Positions 45,991 to 55,605 of a DNA stretch of 64,000 nucleotides are shown one piece after another. Source of the stretch: a virus. The notes under the pieces were generated by a model. That model was given only the letters and a program-made list of their open reading frames with translations. It had not been told where the DNA came from and did not search any database. The position numbers and the translations under genes are program-made. Every line of letters begins with the position of its first letter. Positions within the stretch are counted from its first letter, which is position 1. The stretch covers positions 1 through 64,000 of the IMG/VR virus record IMGVR_UViG_3300024182_000001; one strand, given 5' to 3'.

Positions 45991-46868
45991 CCCAACCCCA
46001 CCTTTTCCTTAACTTGCCGGCAAATCTCCAGCACTCGAAGCCCATCTTCACCCGTGGCCCATTGAACTGGCGGTTCTGCCGCGGTTCTAGTTGGGGCTAT
46101 GCCACCTATGAACGCCTGCATCTCATCGATATAGTCGTCATTCCACTCCCCACCGAACTGCTGCGTCATCTTGCCGAACGACACTTGCCGTCCGAGCATA
46201 TCCAGCCCGATGTTCTTCTCGGTACCGACGATCCAGCCTTCCCGGATTTCGTTCCGGGTCACATAATCCAGGTGGATGGTACTTCGGGCGCCGCTGTCGT
46301 GTTCAAGCACAATGTCGGCAATGTCATCCTTGCCGTCCACGACATGCACGGACGCCGCCACCACCTTCGCTGGCCCCAGCAGATAAAGCGCCAAGTCGAT
46401 CTCGTGCGACCAGTTCAGCACGACTCCATCACGCAGATAATCCGGCTTGTCGTTGTATTGCCCGCAGATGAAGGTAGCCCACAGCGGCGTGCCGATATGC
46501 CCGGCGTCGATCCAATTCTTGGCCGCTTTGATGCAGGGATGGAACCTGAGAAAATAGCCGAGAAATAGTTCTTTAAGCAGGTCTTCTTGCCAGAACTGTG
46601 CGATCTGGGCGCAAGTTCCTAGCGGCTTTTCCATAAAGATTTTGGCTCTTGCGGACATGGTAGCCCAGTCGTCGTAGTGACGGTTGGTGGGAGTGCATAT
46701 GAGAATAGCGTCGCTTTCAATTACTTCATCTCGATCCCAGAGTACGCCGCTGAGCGCCAACCTTTTTTTCATATCAGTGTCATACCCAATAACCTGGTGC
46801 CCCATCATTTTAAGATTACGCGCATGTCGCATCCCGATCGAGCCCAGCCCAAGAATCCCTATCTTCAT
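45987..46868 (-). CDS. Gfo/Idh/MocA-family NAD(P)-dependent oxidoreductase
   Basis: MKIGILGLGSIGMRHA Rossmann motif. The start was moved to M17, which is ATGA-coupled. Confidence 0.65.
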   Translation of the reverse strand: MKIGILGLGSIGMRHARNLKMMGHQVIGYDTDMKKRLALSGVLWDRDEVIESDAILICTPTNRHYDDWATMSARAKIFMEKPLGTCAQIAQFWQEDLLKELFLGYFLRFHPCIKAAKNWIDAGHIGTPLWATFICGQYNDKPDYLRDGVVLNWSHEIDLALYLLGPAKVVAASVHVVDGKDDIADIVLEHDSGARSTIHLDYVTRNEIREGWIVGTEKNIGLDMLGRQVSFGKMTQQFGGEWNDDYIDEMQAFIGGIAPTRTAAEPPVQWATGEDGLRVLEICRQVKEKVGLG

Positions 46869-47482
46869 GTTCTCACCGGTATTGCGTTTGTTCGTTTTTG
46901 CAGGATGGTTATGCACTCATCTTCCACATATAGGCGCGACCTATCCTGTACGTGATACCAAGGGTGTGCCGTCCACAATTCCGAGAAATCGAGATGGTAC
47001 GCGAGTAAACCTTCTTTCGGACTGTATGGAACGGCGTATGCAGGCTGGAGCGTGTTGAAATCATGAATAACCAGCCACCCTCCATCCGCCAGCAGCCTGT
47101 CCGCTTCCGCCACGATCCGGAACCATTCACGTGGCTCCGTAACATACAAGCAGAACCCGAAGATGATCATGTCGAACGTGCCGCCAAGCCATGGCTCGCT
47201 GTATCCGAACTTGCCCCAGCAGACATCATCCAGCCCGCTCGTAATAGCGACTGCCACGGCATCCTGGCTGGTATCAATCCCCGACACCCGGCAGCCGTAT
47301 TTATCTCGCATCTTGCGCAGTCGCCAGCCGTTGGAACATCCGACTTCGAGCACCCGCTTCGGGCGGATCAGCGGCAATAGCCCGAGTAGATCGCCGACCG
47401 GATCGCGCTTGCCGAGCTTCTCCTTGTTGCGATGGTACCAGGCATCGCCCTCGCCATTTAGGAATGTGTCGCTCTGGCTCAT
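46865..47482 (-). CDS. class I SAM-dependent methyltransferase
   Basis: Motif I in VLEVGCSNG, with an acidic residue at the end of beta-2 (GID). Confidence 0.65.
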   Translation of the reverse strand: MSQSDTFLNGEGDAWYHRNKEKLGKRDPVGDLLGLLPLIRPKRVLEVGCSNGWRLRKMRDKYGCRVSGIDTSQDAVAVAITSGLDDVCWGKFGYSEPWLGGTFDMIIFGFCLYVTEPREWFRIVAEADRLLADGGWLVIHDFNTLQPAYAVPYSPKEGLLAYHLDFSELWTAHPWYHVQDRSRLYVEDECITILQKRTNAIPVRT

Positions 47483-48240
47483 TTGTTTCCTAGTACGTAG
47501 AGGAAGTTGGGGGAGTAGAATTCTGGGCTAAATCCGAGTGATGGCAGTTGCGAGGCGACTTTATTGATCAGGTGCCCATAAGCCGGCTCTTTATCATCAG
47601 CCTTGCAGAGAGCGGCGTACACGGCGCGCGAGATTATATAGTAGAGGTTGCCGATATTCTCGCGACCGATGATATCGAAATGCGTGCTGGCGAACGGCTC
47701 GAATTCTCCTATCCACATATAGCGGTTATGCCAGCGTTCTTCGATCTTATGCAGGTCGAATTGAGCGCGTAGGTAGTTTAGGCTATGCAAGCCGTCTTTG
47801 AAGTTTTCAACGAGTATGATCGTTCCGCCCGGCTTCAGGCACTTCTTCATTTCCAGCAGCGCCACCTGCTGTTCTTCCCAACTCGCGAGATTGATCAGGC
47901 AACGTCCGGAGATGATGATATCTTGGTTATGCGCGTGCTTCGATAGTTCCCGCACGTCGCCGACAATAAAAGCGATATCGGAGTACGTTTTTCGCGCTTC
48001 ATGAATCATCTTCTCTGAGTAATCAACTCCGACGAAATCCGAGTCACAGGCTTCCCAGAACTTCTGGGTCGAATACCCGTTCCCACACCCGACGTCCAAT
48101 ATCTTTCTTCCTGGCTCCAGGTGCTCGATAATCTTCCTGATTTCCAGGTCCCGATAGAAATGATCCGGAGCGGTGGCGAGATCGGACGCGCCATGTTCTT
48201 GCGCTTGGGCGTCCCAGAATTCTTTTACTTTATCATTCAT
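47479..48240 (-). CDS. class I SAM-dependent methyltransferase
   Basis: Motif I in ILDVGCGNG. Start chosen at MNDKVKEF, which is ATGA-coupled. Confidence 0.65.
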   Translation of the reverse strand: MNDKVKEFWDAQAQEHGASDLATAPDHFYRDLEIRKIIEHLEPGRKILDVGCGNGYSTQKFWEACDSDFVGVDYSEKMIHEARKTYSDIAFIVGDVRELSKHAHNQDIIISGRCLINLASWEEQQVALLEMKKCLKPGGTIILVENFKDGLHSLNYLRAQFDLHKIEERWHNRYMWIGEFEPFASTHFDIIGRENIGNLYYIISRAVYAALCKADDKEPAYGHLINKVASQLPSLGFSPEFYSPNFLYVLGNK

Positions 48241-48416
48241 TCTGGAAGCTCCACTTTGATCCAATGGGTAAAACCAGCTTTTTCTGGTTCTAGATAATGA
48301 GTAGCGCTGCTGGTAAACCACGCCACCGGATGTGGAGCATCTTTATTCCATACAAGTATGATGGATCCATCACGTGGAGCCGCGCAGTATTCCAGATTTT
48401 CCCATTCCCACTTCAT
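48237..48416 (-). CDS. small hypothetical protein (59 aa)
   Basis: My own translation gives MKWEWENLEYCAAPRDGSIILVWNKDAPHPVAWFTSSATHYLEPEKAGFTHWIKVELPE. ATGA-coupled on both sides. Confidence 0.3.
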   Translation of the reverse strand: MKWEWENLEYCAAPRDGSIILVWNKDAPHPVAWFTSSATHYLEPEKAGFTHWIKVELPE

Positions 48417-48928
48417 TTAAACCTCCCATAAAGCAAAGCCCCAACCGGGGCGTGATCGATGATGAATTTATTCTTCCGTTCCCCCTCAAGTACGAACCTC
48501 GATTTCTCAAGGATACGCTTCATCGGGATATTAGCTGCCGCGCACCCGGCTTCCAGTTTCCGTATCTGGCCGCCATCTCGTTGATCAAGTAGCCAGTTGG
48601 TAGCAGCCAGCCAAGCCTCGAAGCCATAGCCCTGCCCCCACACGTTCATGAACCCGATCATGATCCCGACGTCGGCGACGTTGTTCGGATGATCCACTTC
48701 TGCCGAGATATTGCCGATATGCTCGCCGCTCTTGACGGTGTATATGCCCCACAGGTATCCACAAAATCCGCTTACGTAGCGGTTCTGGGTACTGAGCGTG
48801 TGTTCCTTATGGCGTTGCTCCGAGAACTTTGTGACTTCCTTATCCCGGAGCCAGTCTACTTGACGTTGGGTGGCTTTGGTTAGGGGGCGTAGCGTTAGCC
48901 TTTGGGTAGAGATGGTGGGGACGATCAT
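48413..48928 (-). CDS. GNAT N-acetyltransferase (RimL/PseH-like)
   Basis: GNAT core GIMIGFMNVWGQGYGFEA. In the context of PseB, PseC and PseI it suggests a PseH-like role. Confidence 0.6.
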   Translation of the reverse strand: MIVPTISTQRLTLRPLTKATQRQVDWLRDKEVTKFSEQRHKEHTLSTQNRYVSGFCGYLWGIYTVKSGEHIGNISAEVDHPNNVADVGIMIGFMNVWGQGYGFEAWLAATNWLLDQRDGGQIRKLEAGCAAANIPMKRILEKSRFVLEGERKNKFIIDHAPVGALLYGRFK

Positions 48929-49413
48929 CAGAACGACGCGACGTTGACCACAACCATCTTGAGATCGCGGATTTTAGCCGGCTCCAGATACTCAGTGCGT
49001 TCCTTCACCTTCTTGTCGACGATCTTGACGCGCTTGGCGTTGTGGGCTTCCAGGATCGTCTTGATATCGATCTCGAAGAATAGTTCCTGGTCGGTCGCAT
49101 CGGTAAGTTTCTGCTCGCCGCTATAGAGCAGCGCTATATCGAGCGGCACATTTTCGTTCGGGTCGGCGATGAACACTTGCACGAGGCGGCGAGTGGTTAC
49201 GGCCATAAGATTTTCCTTCAATGGTGGTGGAATAGGGTGGGTAGCGTGTCTGTCTAGCGCATTTTTATATTGTTGAGCGAGGTTGCCATGATTTTGTGCG
49301 AGAGGGGAACCTACAATTTGCCCAGCTTGTGCTTGCCCAAAGCAAGCCAAGTTCATAGGAGTGCTGGCGTAGGTACTTGACGCGATGTGCGGGATATCAC
49401 CGGTTGCCATCAT
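48928..49413 (-). CDS. hypothetical protein (161 aa)
   Basis: GAGGCGAGGAAA RBS with ATGA coupling. An internal start at 49206 (also with a strong RBS) is an alternative. Confidence 0.4.
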   Translation of the reverse strand: MMATGDIPHIASSTYASTPMNLACFGQAQAGQIVGSPLAQNHGNLAQQYKNALDRHATHPIPPPLKENLMAVTTRRLVQVFIADPNENVPLDIALLYSGEQKLTDATDQELFFEIDIKTILEAHNAKRVKIVDKKVKERTEYLEPAKIRDLKMVVVNVASF

Positions 49414-49571
49414 TTCCTCGCCTTCTCAAGCGCATGGTCCGTCAGCTTTAACAGGCTCTCGATCGCCAGCCGTATGGTGGCGGCCGAAGCGTCGAAGTCG
49501 CCGATGATTTTGAGCCTGTCGCGTTCCAGCAGGAGCGTATTTCTAAGTTCAACGATTTCGTCGCGGGTCAT
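49410..49571 (-). CDS. small hypothetical protein (53 aa)
   Basis: My own translation gives MTRDEIVELRNTLLLERDRLKIIGDFDASAATIRLAIESLLKLTDHALEKARK. ATGA-coupled on both sides. Confidence 0.3.
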   Translation of the reverse strand: MTRDEIVELRNTLLLERDRLKIIGDFDASAATIRLAIESLLKLTDHALEKARK

Positions 49572-49906
49572 GGTTTACTTTCTGGGGTCGAATCGCTAGT
49601 TTTTGGTTCGTCGTCTTCGACAGCTATTTCAAGCGCATCGACGATAACTTTAGCAATACGATCGGATGCGCCAAGAAGAAATTTTTCCATCTGGATGGCA
49701 GTTTCAAAAACATGATCGAGATGTAGTGTTGTTATATTTCTGCCCTCCAGCTTATATTGCTGGTACAAGGCGCCATCATGGATGGTGTTCATATTGTGGT
49801 ATTGAATCGCCATGTTTAGAGCTAGAGCGGCGATACCATGCGCTGGCGCGATCGGCGCGTCTTTGAGGGCTTCCAGTTCTTTAAAAGGACGTTCTTCAGG
49901 GTTCAT
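49568..49906 (-). CDS. hypothetical protein (112 aa), first gene of the island operon
   Basis: AAGGAG RBS before MNPEERPF. The Arg-rich 42-aa extension in the ORF track is probably untranslated. Confidence 0.4.
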   Translation of the reverse strand: MNPEERPFKELEALKDAPIAPAHGIAALALNMAIQYHNMNTIHDGALYQQYKLEGRNITTLHLDHVFETAIQMEKFLLGASDRIAKVIVDALEIAVEDDEPKTSDSTPESKP

Positions 49907-50150
49907 GTTGAACTCCTTGCCGAAATTTCTTGCCGCCAATCGACGTGGATACCTTCTCGCTTCTCGTCCACGATGCGCCTTACGACCTCCGAAACCGACA
50001 CGCTGTATTCGCGCGCCCGCTTTTCCAGCCATTGCATCTGGGATTTTGTAAAAACGATGCCGCGTTGTATGCCTGTCACCCGAATTCTCCCGTCAATGTT
50101 AGGTTAGTCTATATACGGACTAGTCATCTGTCAAGCGGTTTGTTCCAAAA

Positions 50151-51818
50151 ATGAACGTTCCCCTTACTCCAAAGCAGCTCGCCCAGTTCGCTCAAGCCTT
50201 AGAGCGCCAGAAAATCGTCGATGAAGCCGAAAAACTGGAGGGATCACTCTACGAATTCGTCAAAGCAGCGTGGCCATTCTTCGATCCAGCCGATTTTCAG
50301 GGAAATTGGCACCTGGAAGATGCCTGCAGGCACTTGGAAGCCGTTGCCAGGGGGCATATCAACCGGCTTTTGATCAATGTTCCGCCACGGACGGCAAAAT
50401 CCAGCCTGGCATCAGTCTGTTTTATTCCTTGGATATGGGCGCAACGTGAAGAAGGCCCCCTCTTGGGGCCGAAAGTGTCGGCTTTTTACGCTTCCTACGC
50501 TGAATCGCTTGCCCTGGAGCATTCTCTTAAGTGCCGACGCCTCATCGAATCCAAGTGGTACCAGCGCCGATGGGGGAATCGCTTCAAATTGGTCTCTGAT
50601 CGCAATAAAATCGGGCATTTCGAGAATGATAAGGGCGGCTATCGCATGGCGTCATCCGTTGGCGCGCGGGCGACGGGCTGGGGCGCCTCACTTATCCTTG
50701 CCGATGACCCTCACCTTGTTCAGGAAGCCGAATCCGAGGTGGTGCGGGAAAGTGTGATCAAGTGGTGGTCGGAATCGATGCCCTCGCGCCTCAATGACCG
50801 GCGCACCGGGGCCATGATCGTCATCATGCAGCGTGTCCATGCTGGTGACGTAGCCGGCTACGTGCTCTCCGGCGAGATGGGCTACGTCCATTATTGCGTC
50901 CCCATGTGCTATATGCCTTGCCGGCACGTGAATGCGTGGGTCGGCGACCAGGTCCAAACGTTTTTGGGCGATGACGTCGACAAAGTGAAGGAAGAAGACA
51001 TTTTCTGGGTCGATCAACGTACCGAAGACGGCCAATTGCTGTGGCCCGAGCGCTTTCCGGCCAAGGACGTGGCCAAATTAGAGACGGAATTGGGGCCTTA
51101 CGGCTTTGCCGGGCAGTACCAGCAGAATCCAGCCCCCCGCGGCGGCGGGATCATTCGGGAGGAATGGTGGAAGGAGTACGACGACGAGTCTGGCGCTGAA
51201 TTCGGCGCCAAGCCGGGGCAATATCCGGCCTGCGAGTACATTCTGGCATCTCTCGATACGGCTTACACTGAGAAAGAGGAAAATGACCCGTCAGCACTTT
51301 CTATTTGGGGTGTTTTCCGGGATAAAATGTCCAACCCGCAGATCATTCTCATGTTCTGCTGGCAAGAGCGTATGGTGATCCACGAGTTGGTCTCGCGGGT
51401 GGGGGCGGACTGTAAACGCTTCAAGGTTGACCGGTTGATCATTGAAGACAAGGCGGCTGGGCACTCGGTTTCCCAGGAAATAGCACGTCTGTTTGGCAAT
51501 TTCGATTTTGGCATCGAACTCGTCAACCCGCGCACTGGCTTTATCGCTTCTCCGGATAAAGTGGCTCGTGTGCAGACGGTGGTGCACTTGTTCGCGGAAG
51601 GAATGATCTGGGCGCCGGATAAGAAGTGGGCCGATGAGATGATCAACCAGTGTTCGCTATTTCCGCGCGCTACTCATGATGACCTGGTCGACACTCTTTC
51701 CCAAGGGCTTATCTATCTCCGCCGTGCCGGCTGGGCGGTAAAGAAGGAGGAACGCACTCTTGAGATCGAGGATGAGCTGCGTTATCGCCCGAAATTTCAG
51801 CCGCTTTATCCAGCGTAA
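50151..51818 (+). CDS. terL: terminase large subunit
   Basis: ATPase Walker A-like VPPRTAKSS and Walker B LILADDPH. The C-terminal region is nuclease-like and rich in acidic residues. Confidence 0.8.
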   Translation: MNVPLTPKQLAQFAQALERQKIVDEAEKLEGSLYEFVKAAWPFFDPADFQGNWHLEDACRHLEAVARGHINRLLINVPPRTAKSSLASVCFIPWIWAQREEGPLLGPKVSAFYASYAESLALEHSLKCRRLIESKWYQRRWGNRFKLVSDRNKIGHFENDKGGYRMASSVGARATGWGASLILADDPHLVQEAESEVVRESVIKWWSESMPSRLNDRRTGAMIVIMQRVHAGDVAGYVLSGEMGYVHYCVPMCYMPCRHVNAWVGDQVQTFLGDDVDKVKEEDIFWVDQRTEDGQLLWPERFPAKDVAKLETELGPYGFAGQYQQNPAPRGGGIIREEWWKEYDDESGAEFGAKPGQYPACEYILASLDTAYTEKEENDPSALSIWGVFRDKMSNPQIILMFCWQERMVIHELVSRVGADCKRFKVDRLIIEDKAAGHSVSQEIARLFGNFDFGIELVNPRTGFIASPDKVARVQTVVHLFAEGMIWAPDKKWADEMINQCSLFPRATHDDLVDTLSQGLIYLRRAGWAVKKEERTLEIEDELRYRPKFQPLYPA

Positions 51819-51977
51819 AGGGTGTGAGGGTCCTTAGCGTCACGCCGTCCGCGCAAGGCATGCTTATGCGCGTCGTGGATTCCAACCACCACCCTCACAT
51901 TGGCCCGGACGCGGGCAACCTGATGGTACATTGCCTGCCTCCTAGCGCCAATCACTTTCTCGTGATAAACCCTTGAT

Positions 51978-54515
51978 ATGCCCGCGCCGCTTACCCTCCC
52001 CTTTAACGGCCAGATGCCGATTCCCATCGGCTCCGAGCCTATCGGGGGGCCCTTTGCCCCGGCTACGGTCGAAGTCCCCCACGATGATCCTGCGGTTTCC
52101 TTCAAGGACGGCGTGCTTAAGATCGACCATCCGGATGGGTCGACGACTATCGATTTCAACCCGGATATGTCCGACGCCAAGGTTGATACCAAGGACTTTT
52201 ACCGCAATATCGCCAACGAAATTCCGTCGGAAGACCTGGCCAAGATTGCCAACGATCTCCTGACCGGGATTGAATACGACGAGCAATCGCGTAAAGAGTG
52301 GCTCGATATGCGCGCTCGGGGGATCAAGCTCTTGGGCTTGAAGCTGGAAGATCCTCGCGGGGATCTTGGGACATCCTCTGCCCCCCTTGAAGGGATGTCC
52401 GTCTTTAACCACCCGCTCTTGCTGGAAGCGACCGTTCGGTTTCAGGCTTCAGCTTGTGGCGAACTCATGCCGGCGGCGGGTCCGGTCAAGGTGCGTTCCG
52501 ATGCCGTCATGCCGCCCGAGCAAGCGCCTCCCGCCATGGGCCACAACGGTGGTCCACCGCTAAATCCCATCGAACCCCCGATCGACGATCTGGCCGAAGC
52601 GCTGCAGAAAGACCTCAACCACTACCTTACCGTGGTGGCGACTGAATGGGTTCCGGATACCGACCGGATGCTGTTCTACATCGGCTTCGGCGGCGACGGC
52701 TTCAAGAAAGTCTACAACTGCCCGCTCAAGCGCCGGCCGGTTTCCGAGTCGGTGGATGCCGAGAACATCATCGTTTCCAACGCCGCGACGGATATCCAGA
52801 ACTGCGGGCGCGTGACGCATAAATCCAAGATGCGCCCCAGCACCCTAAAGCGTATGCAGATCGCTGGGGCGTATCGGGATGTGTCACTGGCACCTCCACA
52901 AGCCGAAGCTCAAACCAATCAGGTCGACTTGAAGAAAGCGGAAATAGCAGGCGTAAAGCCGCAGCCGCTGGATAATAAGGATAACGACTACACGGTTTTC
53001 GAGACGTATTGCGAACTCGACATCGACAAGTTCGCGCCCAAGCAATTCAAGGGCAAAGCGCTGCCGTTGCCTTATGTGGTGACGATGGAGAAGGAAAGCC
53101 GCCAGGTTCTGGCCGTGCGGAGGAATTGGGATGAGAAAGACCCACAGTGCCTTGCCAAGCAATTCTTCGTTCACTTCCCCTTTATCCGGGGCCTCGGTTT
53201 TTATGCTATCGGTCTCGTACATCTCCTCGGAAACATCACTATCGCCCTTACCGCTATATTTCGAGAATTCATCGATAAAGGAATGTTTGCCAATTTCCCC
53301 GGCTTTCTCTACGCCAAAGGAGCCGGGCGACAATTAAGCAATCAAATTCGCGTTCCTCCAGGTGGGGGAATGGCGATAGACGTACCTCCTGGCATGAGCA
53401 TCAAAGATGCGATCATGCCCATCCCATATCAGGATATCTCGGCTAATTTTGCTGCCTTTGTGAAGCAAGTTGAGGATATGGGACAGCGGCTAGGACAAAC
53501 AGCCGAAATCCAGGTTGGTGAGGGCAAGCAGGAAATGCCGGTTGGCACCACCATGGCGCTGATCGAGCAGGCGACCAAGATGCTTGATTCGGTGCATAAG
53601 CGCCTGTGTCGCGCCATGGCTGAAGAATTCGGGCTGCTCAAGGAGCGCTTCAAAGAAAACCCAGATGCGTTCGTTAAGTCGCTGAAACAGCCGACCAAGC
53701 CGTGGACGGGAGAAACGTTCAAGCAGGCACTGGAGAAATACGAGCTGGTGCCAGTGGCCGATCCGAACAATCCGACGTCGCTGCACCGGACCATGAAGGC
53801 TAACATCATCGATGGGCTGATTACTAAATACCCGCAACTGATGAACGCAATGAATGGGCTCAAGCGTATCCTGCGTACTGCGGGCATCGACTCGGAAGGG
53901 CTGCTCAATACCCAACCGGCACCGCCTCCGCCTGATCCCAGGATGGAAGCGATTGCTGCCAAGGAGCGGTCGGAGCAAGCCAAGAACCAGATCGCTCAGG
54001 TGCAAACCCAGATCAAGATGCTGGAAGCCCAGCACAATATGCAGGATTCGGCTGCTGAACGTCAGGTCAAGGAAAAGATCGAGATGCTCAAGCTGGAGGA
54101 AGGGCGTTTACGCCTCCAGCAGGAAATGATCATCCACGCCCATGAGATTAACCGTGACAATACGTCCGCCCAGGCCGATATAGAGAAGGATGCAATCAAG
54201 ACCGCGCACACTGTCATGATGGAGCGGGTCAAGGGCGAGAACGAACTGCAGATGGCTGGGCAGCGGCATCAGCAAGAGGTACAGACGCAAGGGGCGAAAA
54301 CCGCTATACAGCTGGCGGCAGAAGAAGCGCGGCACGGCCAGAAGATTCAATCCGAGCACGAAGCGCATGTGCAGCAAACGCAAAAAGACCGCGAGACTCA
54401 CGAGCAAACCCTGCGACATAAAGACGCAGCCCATGAAGCCGACCTGGAGCATAAGCGCGCTCTGGCAAAGGTCGCGGCAGCTGCTGCGCGGGCTAAGCCC
54501 AAGGAGAAAAAGTGA
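51978..54515 (+). CDS. portal protein candidate (845 aa) with a long C-terminal coiled-coil barrel-like region
   Basis: Lies immediately after terL. The size and a charged, helical C-terminal 230 aa recall P22-type portals. Confidence 0.5.
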   Translation: MPAPLTLPFNGQMPIPIGSEPIGGPFAPATVEVPHDDPAVSFKDGVLKIDHPDGSTTIDFNPDMSDAKVDTKDFYRNIANEIPSEDLAKIANDLLTGIEYDEQSRKEWLDMRARGIKLLGLKLEDPRGDLGTSSAPLEGMSVFNHPLLLEATVRFQASACGELMPAAGPVKVRSDAVMPPEQAPPAMGHNGGPPLNPIEPPIDDLAEALQKDLNHYLTVVATEWVPDTDRMLFYIGFGGDGFKKVYNCPLKRRPVSESVDAENIIVSNAATDIQNCGRVTHKSKMRPSTLKRMQIAGAYRDVSLAPPQAEAQTNQVDLKKAEIAGVKPQPLDNKDNDYTVFETYCELDIDKFAPKQFKGKALPLPYVVTMEKESRQVLAVRRNWDEKDPQCLAKQFFVHFPFIRGLGFYAIGLVHLLGNITIALTAIFREFIDKGMFANFPGFLYAKGAGRQLSNQIRVPPGGGMAIDVPPGMSIKDAIMPIPYQDISANFAAFVKQVEDMGQRLGQTAEIQVGEGKQEMPVGTTMALIEQATKMLDSVHKRLCRAMAEEFGLLKERFKENPDAFVKSLKQPTKPWTGETFKQALEKYELVPVADPNNPTSLHRTMKANIIDGLITKYPQLMNAMNGLKRILRTAGIDSEGLLNTQPAPPPPDPRMEAIAAKERSEQAKNQIAQVQTQIKMLEAQHNMQDSAAERQVKEKIEMLKLEEGRLRLQQEMIIHAHEINRDNTSAQADIEKDAIKTAHTVMMERVKGENELQMAGQRHQQEVQTQGAKTAIQLAAEEARHGQKIQSEHEAHVQQTQKDRETHEQTLRHKDAAHEADLEHKRALAKVAAAAARAKPKEKK

Positions 54516-54733
54516 TGCCCCACGAATTTCGCTCTGAAGCCAAGAAGTCACTTGGCGACAAGCTTGACGCCATGACCGGCAAGCGCGGGGAATACCCGCC
54601 CGATCGTGCCGCGCGCATCGTCGGGCCTAATCCTGGTGGCGGTCAGGGCGATGCTTCCAAGGAGCCGGAGGAAGTGTTCGCGGGCGGGGCTTCGGCGCGA
54701 CAGGTTTCGAACTATGGGACGGTTCGGAAATGA
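54515..54733 (+). CDS. small hypothetical protein (73 aa)
   Basis: ATGA-coupled to the portal gene. Confidence 0.3.
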   Translation: MPHEFRSEAKKSLGDKLDAMTGKRGEYPPDRAARIVGPNPGGGQGDASKEPEEVFAGGASARQVSNYGTVRK

Positions 54734-54889
54734 TAGAATTTCTTCGGACTCGAACCAAGATGCAGTGGGCGCTGGCTAGTGCTTGGGCGGTAGGAATAGC
54801 ACTGCTGGGTATTTCGGACCCCGTTTTCGCGCTTGCTCAAGTACCGCTTTTCTGCGCTGCAGCGTATCTCGGACACGTAGGAGGCTAAT

Positions 54890-55423
54890 GTGCACCCCTT
54901 CCATCAGCACAGCGAACACAAAAAGGGCCATGAGCGCGTCAAGCACATCATGAAATCGGGCGGTGTGCCCCATTCGGACGCGGCGGCCGACAAGAAGCTT
55001 TTCAGCAAGCTCATCTCTGAGCATGAGCGCAGCGAGTCAAAAGTTGAGGGTGAGAAAAGCCGGGGCCGTTTCGCTCGCGGCGGGCGTACCAAGCACAAGG
55101 GTTCTCAAACCAATATCGCGATTGTGGTCCCTCAAAAAGGATCCTCCAGCCCTTCCGAGGCTCCACAGGCAGGACCGGCCCCACCTCTCCCCAGCCCAAT
55201 GGCCGGTCCTGCACCTCCTATGCCCGGCGGACCCCCCGGCGGACCCCCCGGCGGACCTCCTCCGATGCGTGCCAGCGGCGGACGTGTCGGCGGCGACTCG
55301 TCAAAATCCAATCTCGACGGATGGAGTGCACGCGCTAAGGCGAATTCTTATGCGCGTGGCGGCCGGCTGCCGACGGCCGGCGCTGAGAGCGGGGTGGGTC
55401 GGTTACAGAAGGCGAAGAAGTGA
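54890..55423 (+). CDS. basic, Pro/Gly-rich virion-associated protein with three ARGGR-type motifs
   Basis: RFARGGRT, ASGGRVGGD and YARGGRLPT motifs, plus a PGGPPGGPPGGPPP tract. Confidence 0.45.
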   Translation: MHPFHQHSEHKKGHERVKHIMKSGGVPHSDAAADKKLFSKLISEHERSESKVEGEKSRGRFARGGRTKHKGSQTNIAIVVPQKGSSSPSEAPQAGPAPPLPSPMAGPAPPMPGGPPGGPPGGPPPMRASGGRVGGDSSKSNLDGWSARAKANSYARGGRLPTAGAESGVGRLQKAKK

Positions 55424-55605
55424 TCGAGAGCCGGCATTCTGGCGTCTTCAAGCGACTGCTTGCGGAGTATCGGCAAACGTTGCTCGAAGCAATGGTAGGC
55501 ACTGGAGATGTCGATACGTTTAAGAATTTGCGAGGCCGCATCCAAGGGCTGGCCGATGCAGTAAACCTATCTGATGCCGCTGACGAAGAAATCAATGGAG
55601 GATAA
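55420..55605 (+). CDS. small hypothetical protein (61 aa)
   Basis: ATGA-coupled. Confidence 0.3.
   Translation: MIESRHSGVFKRLLAEYRQTLLEAMVGTGDVDTFKNLRGRIQGLADAVNLSDAADEEINGG

Noticed and set aside
49907-50032. An Arg-rich 42-codon N-terminal extension of the first island gene
   Set aside because: An excellent AAGGAG RBS precedes the internal ATG at 49906. The extension is low-complexity (RGREARRYPRRLAARN) and would occupy the divergent promoter region.
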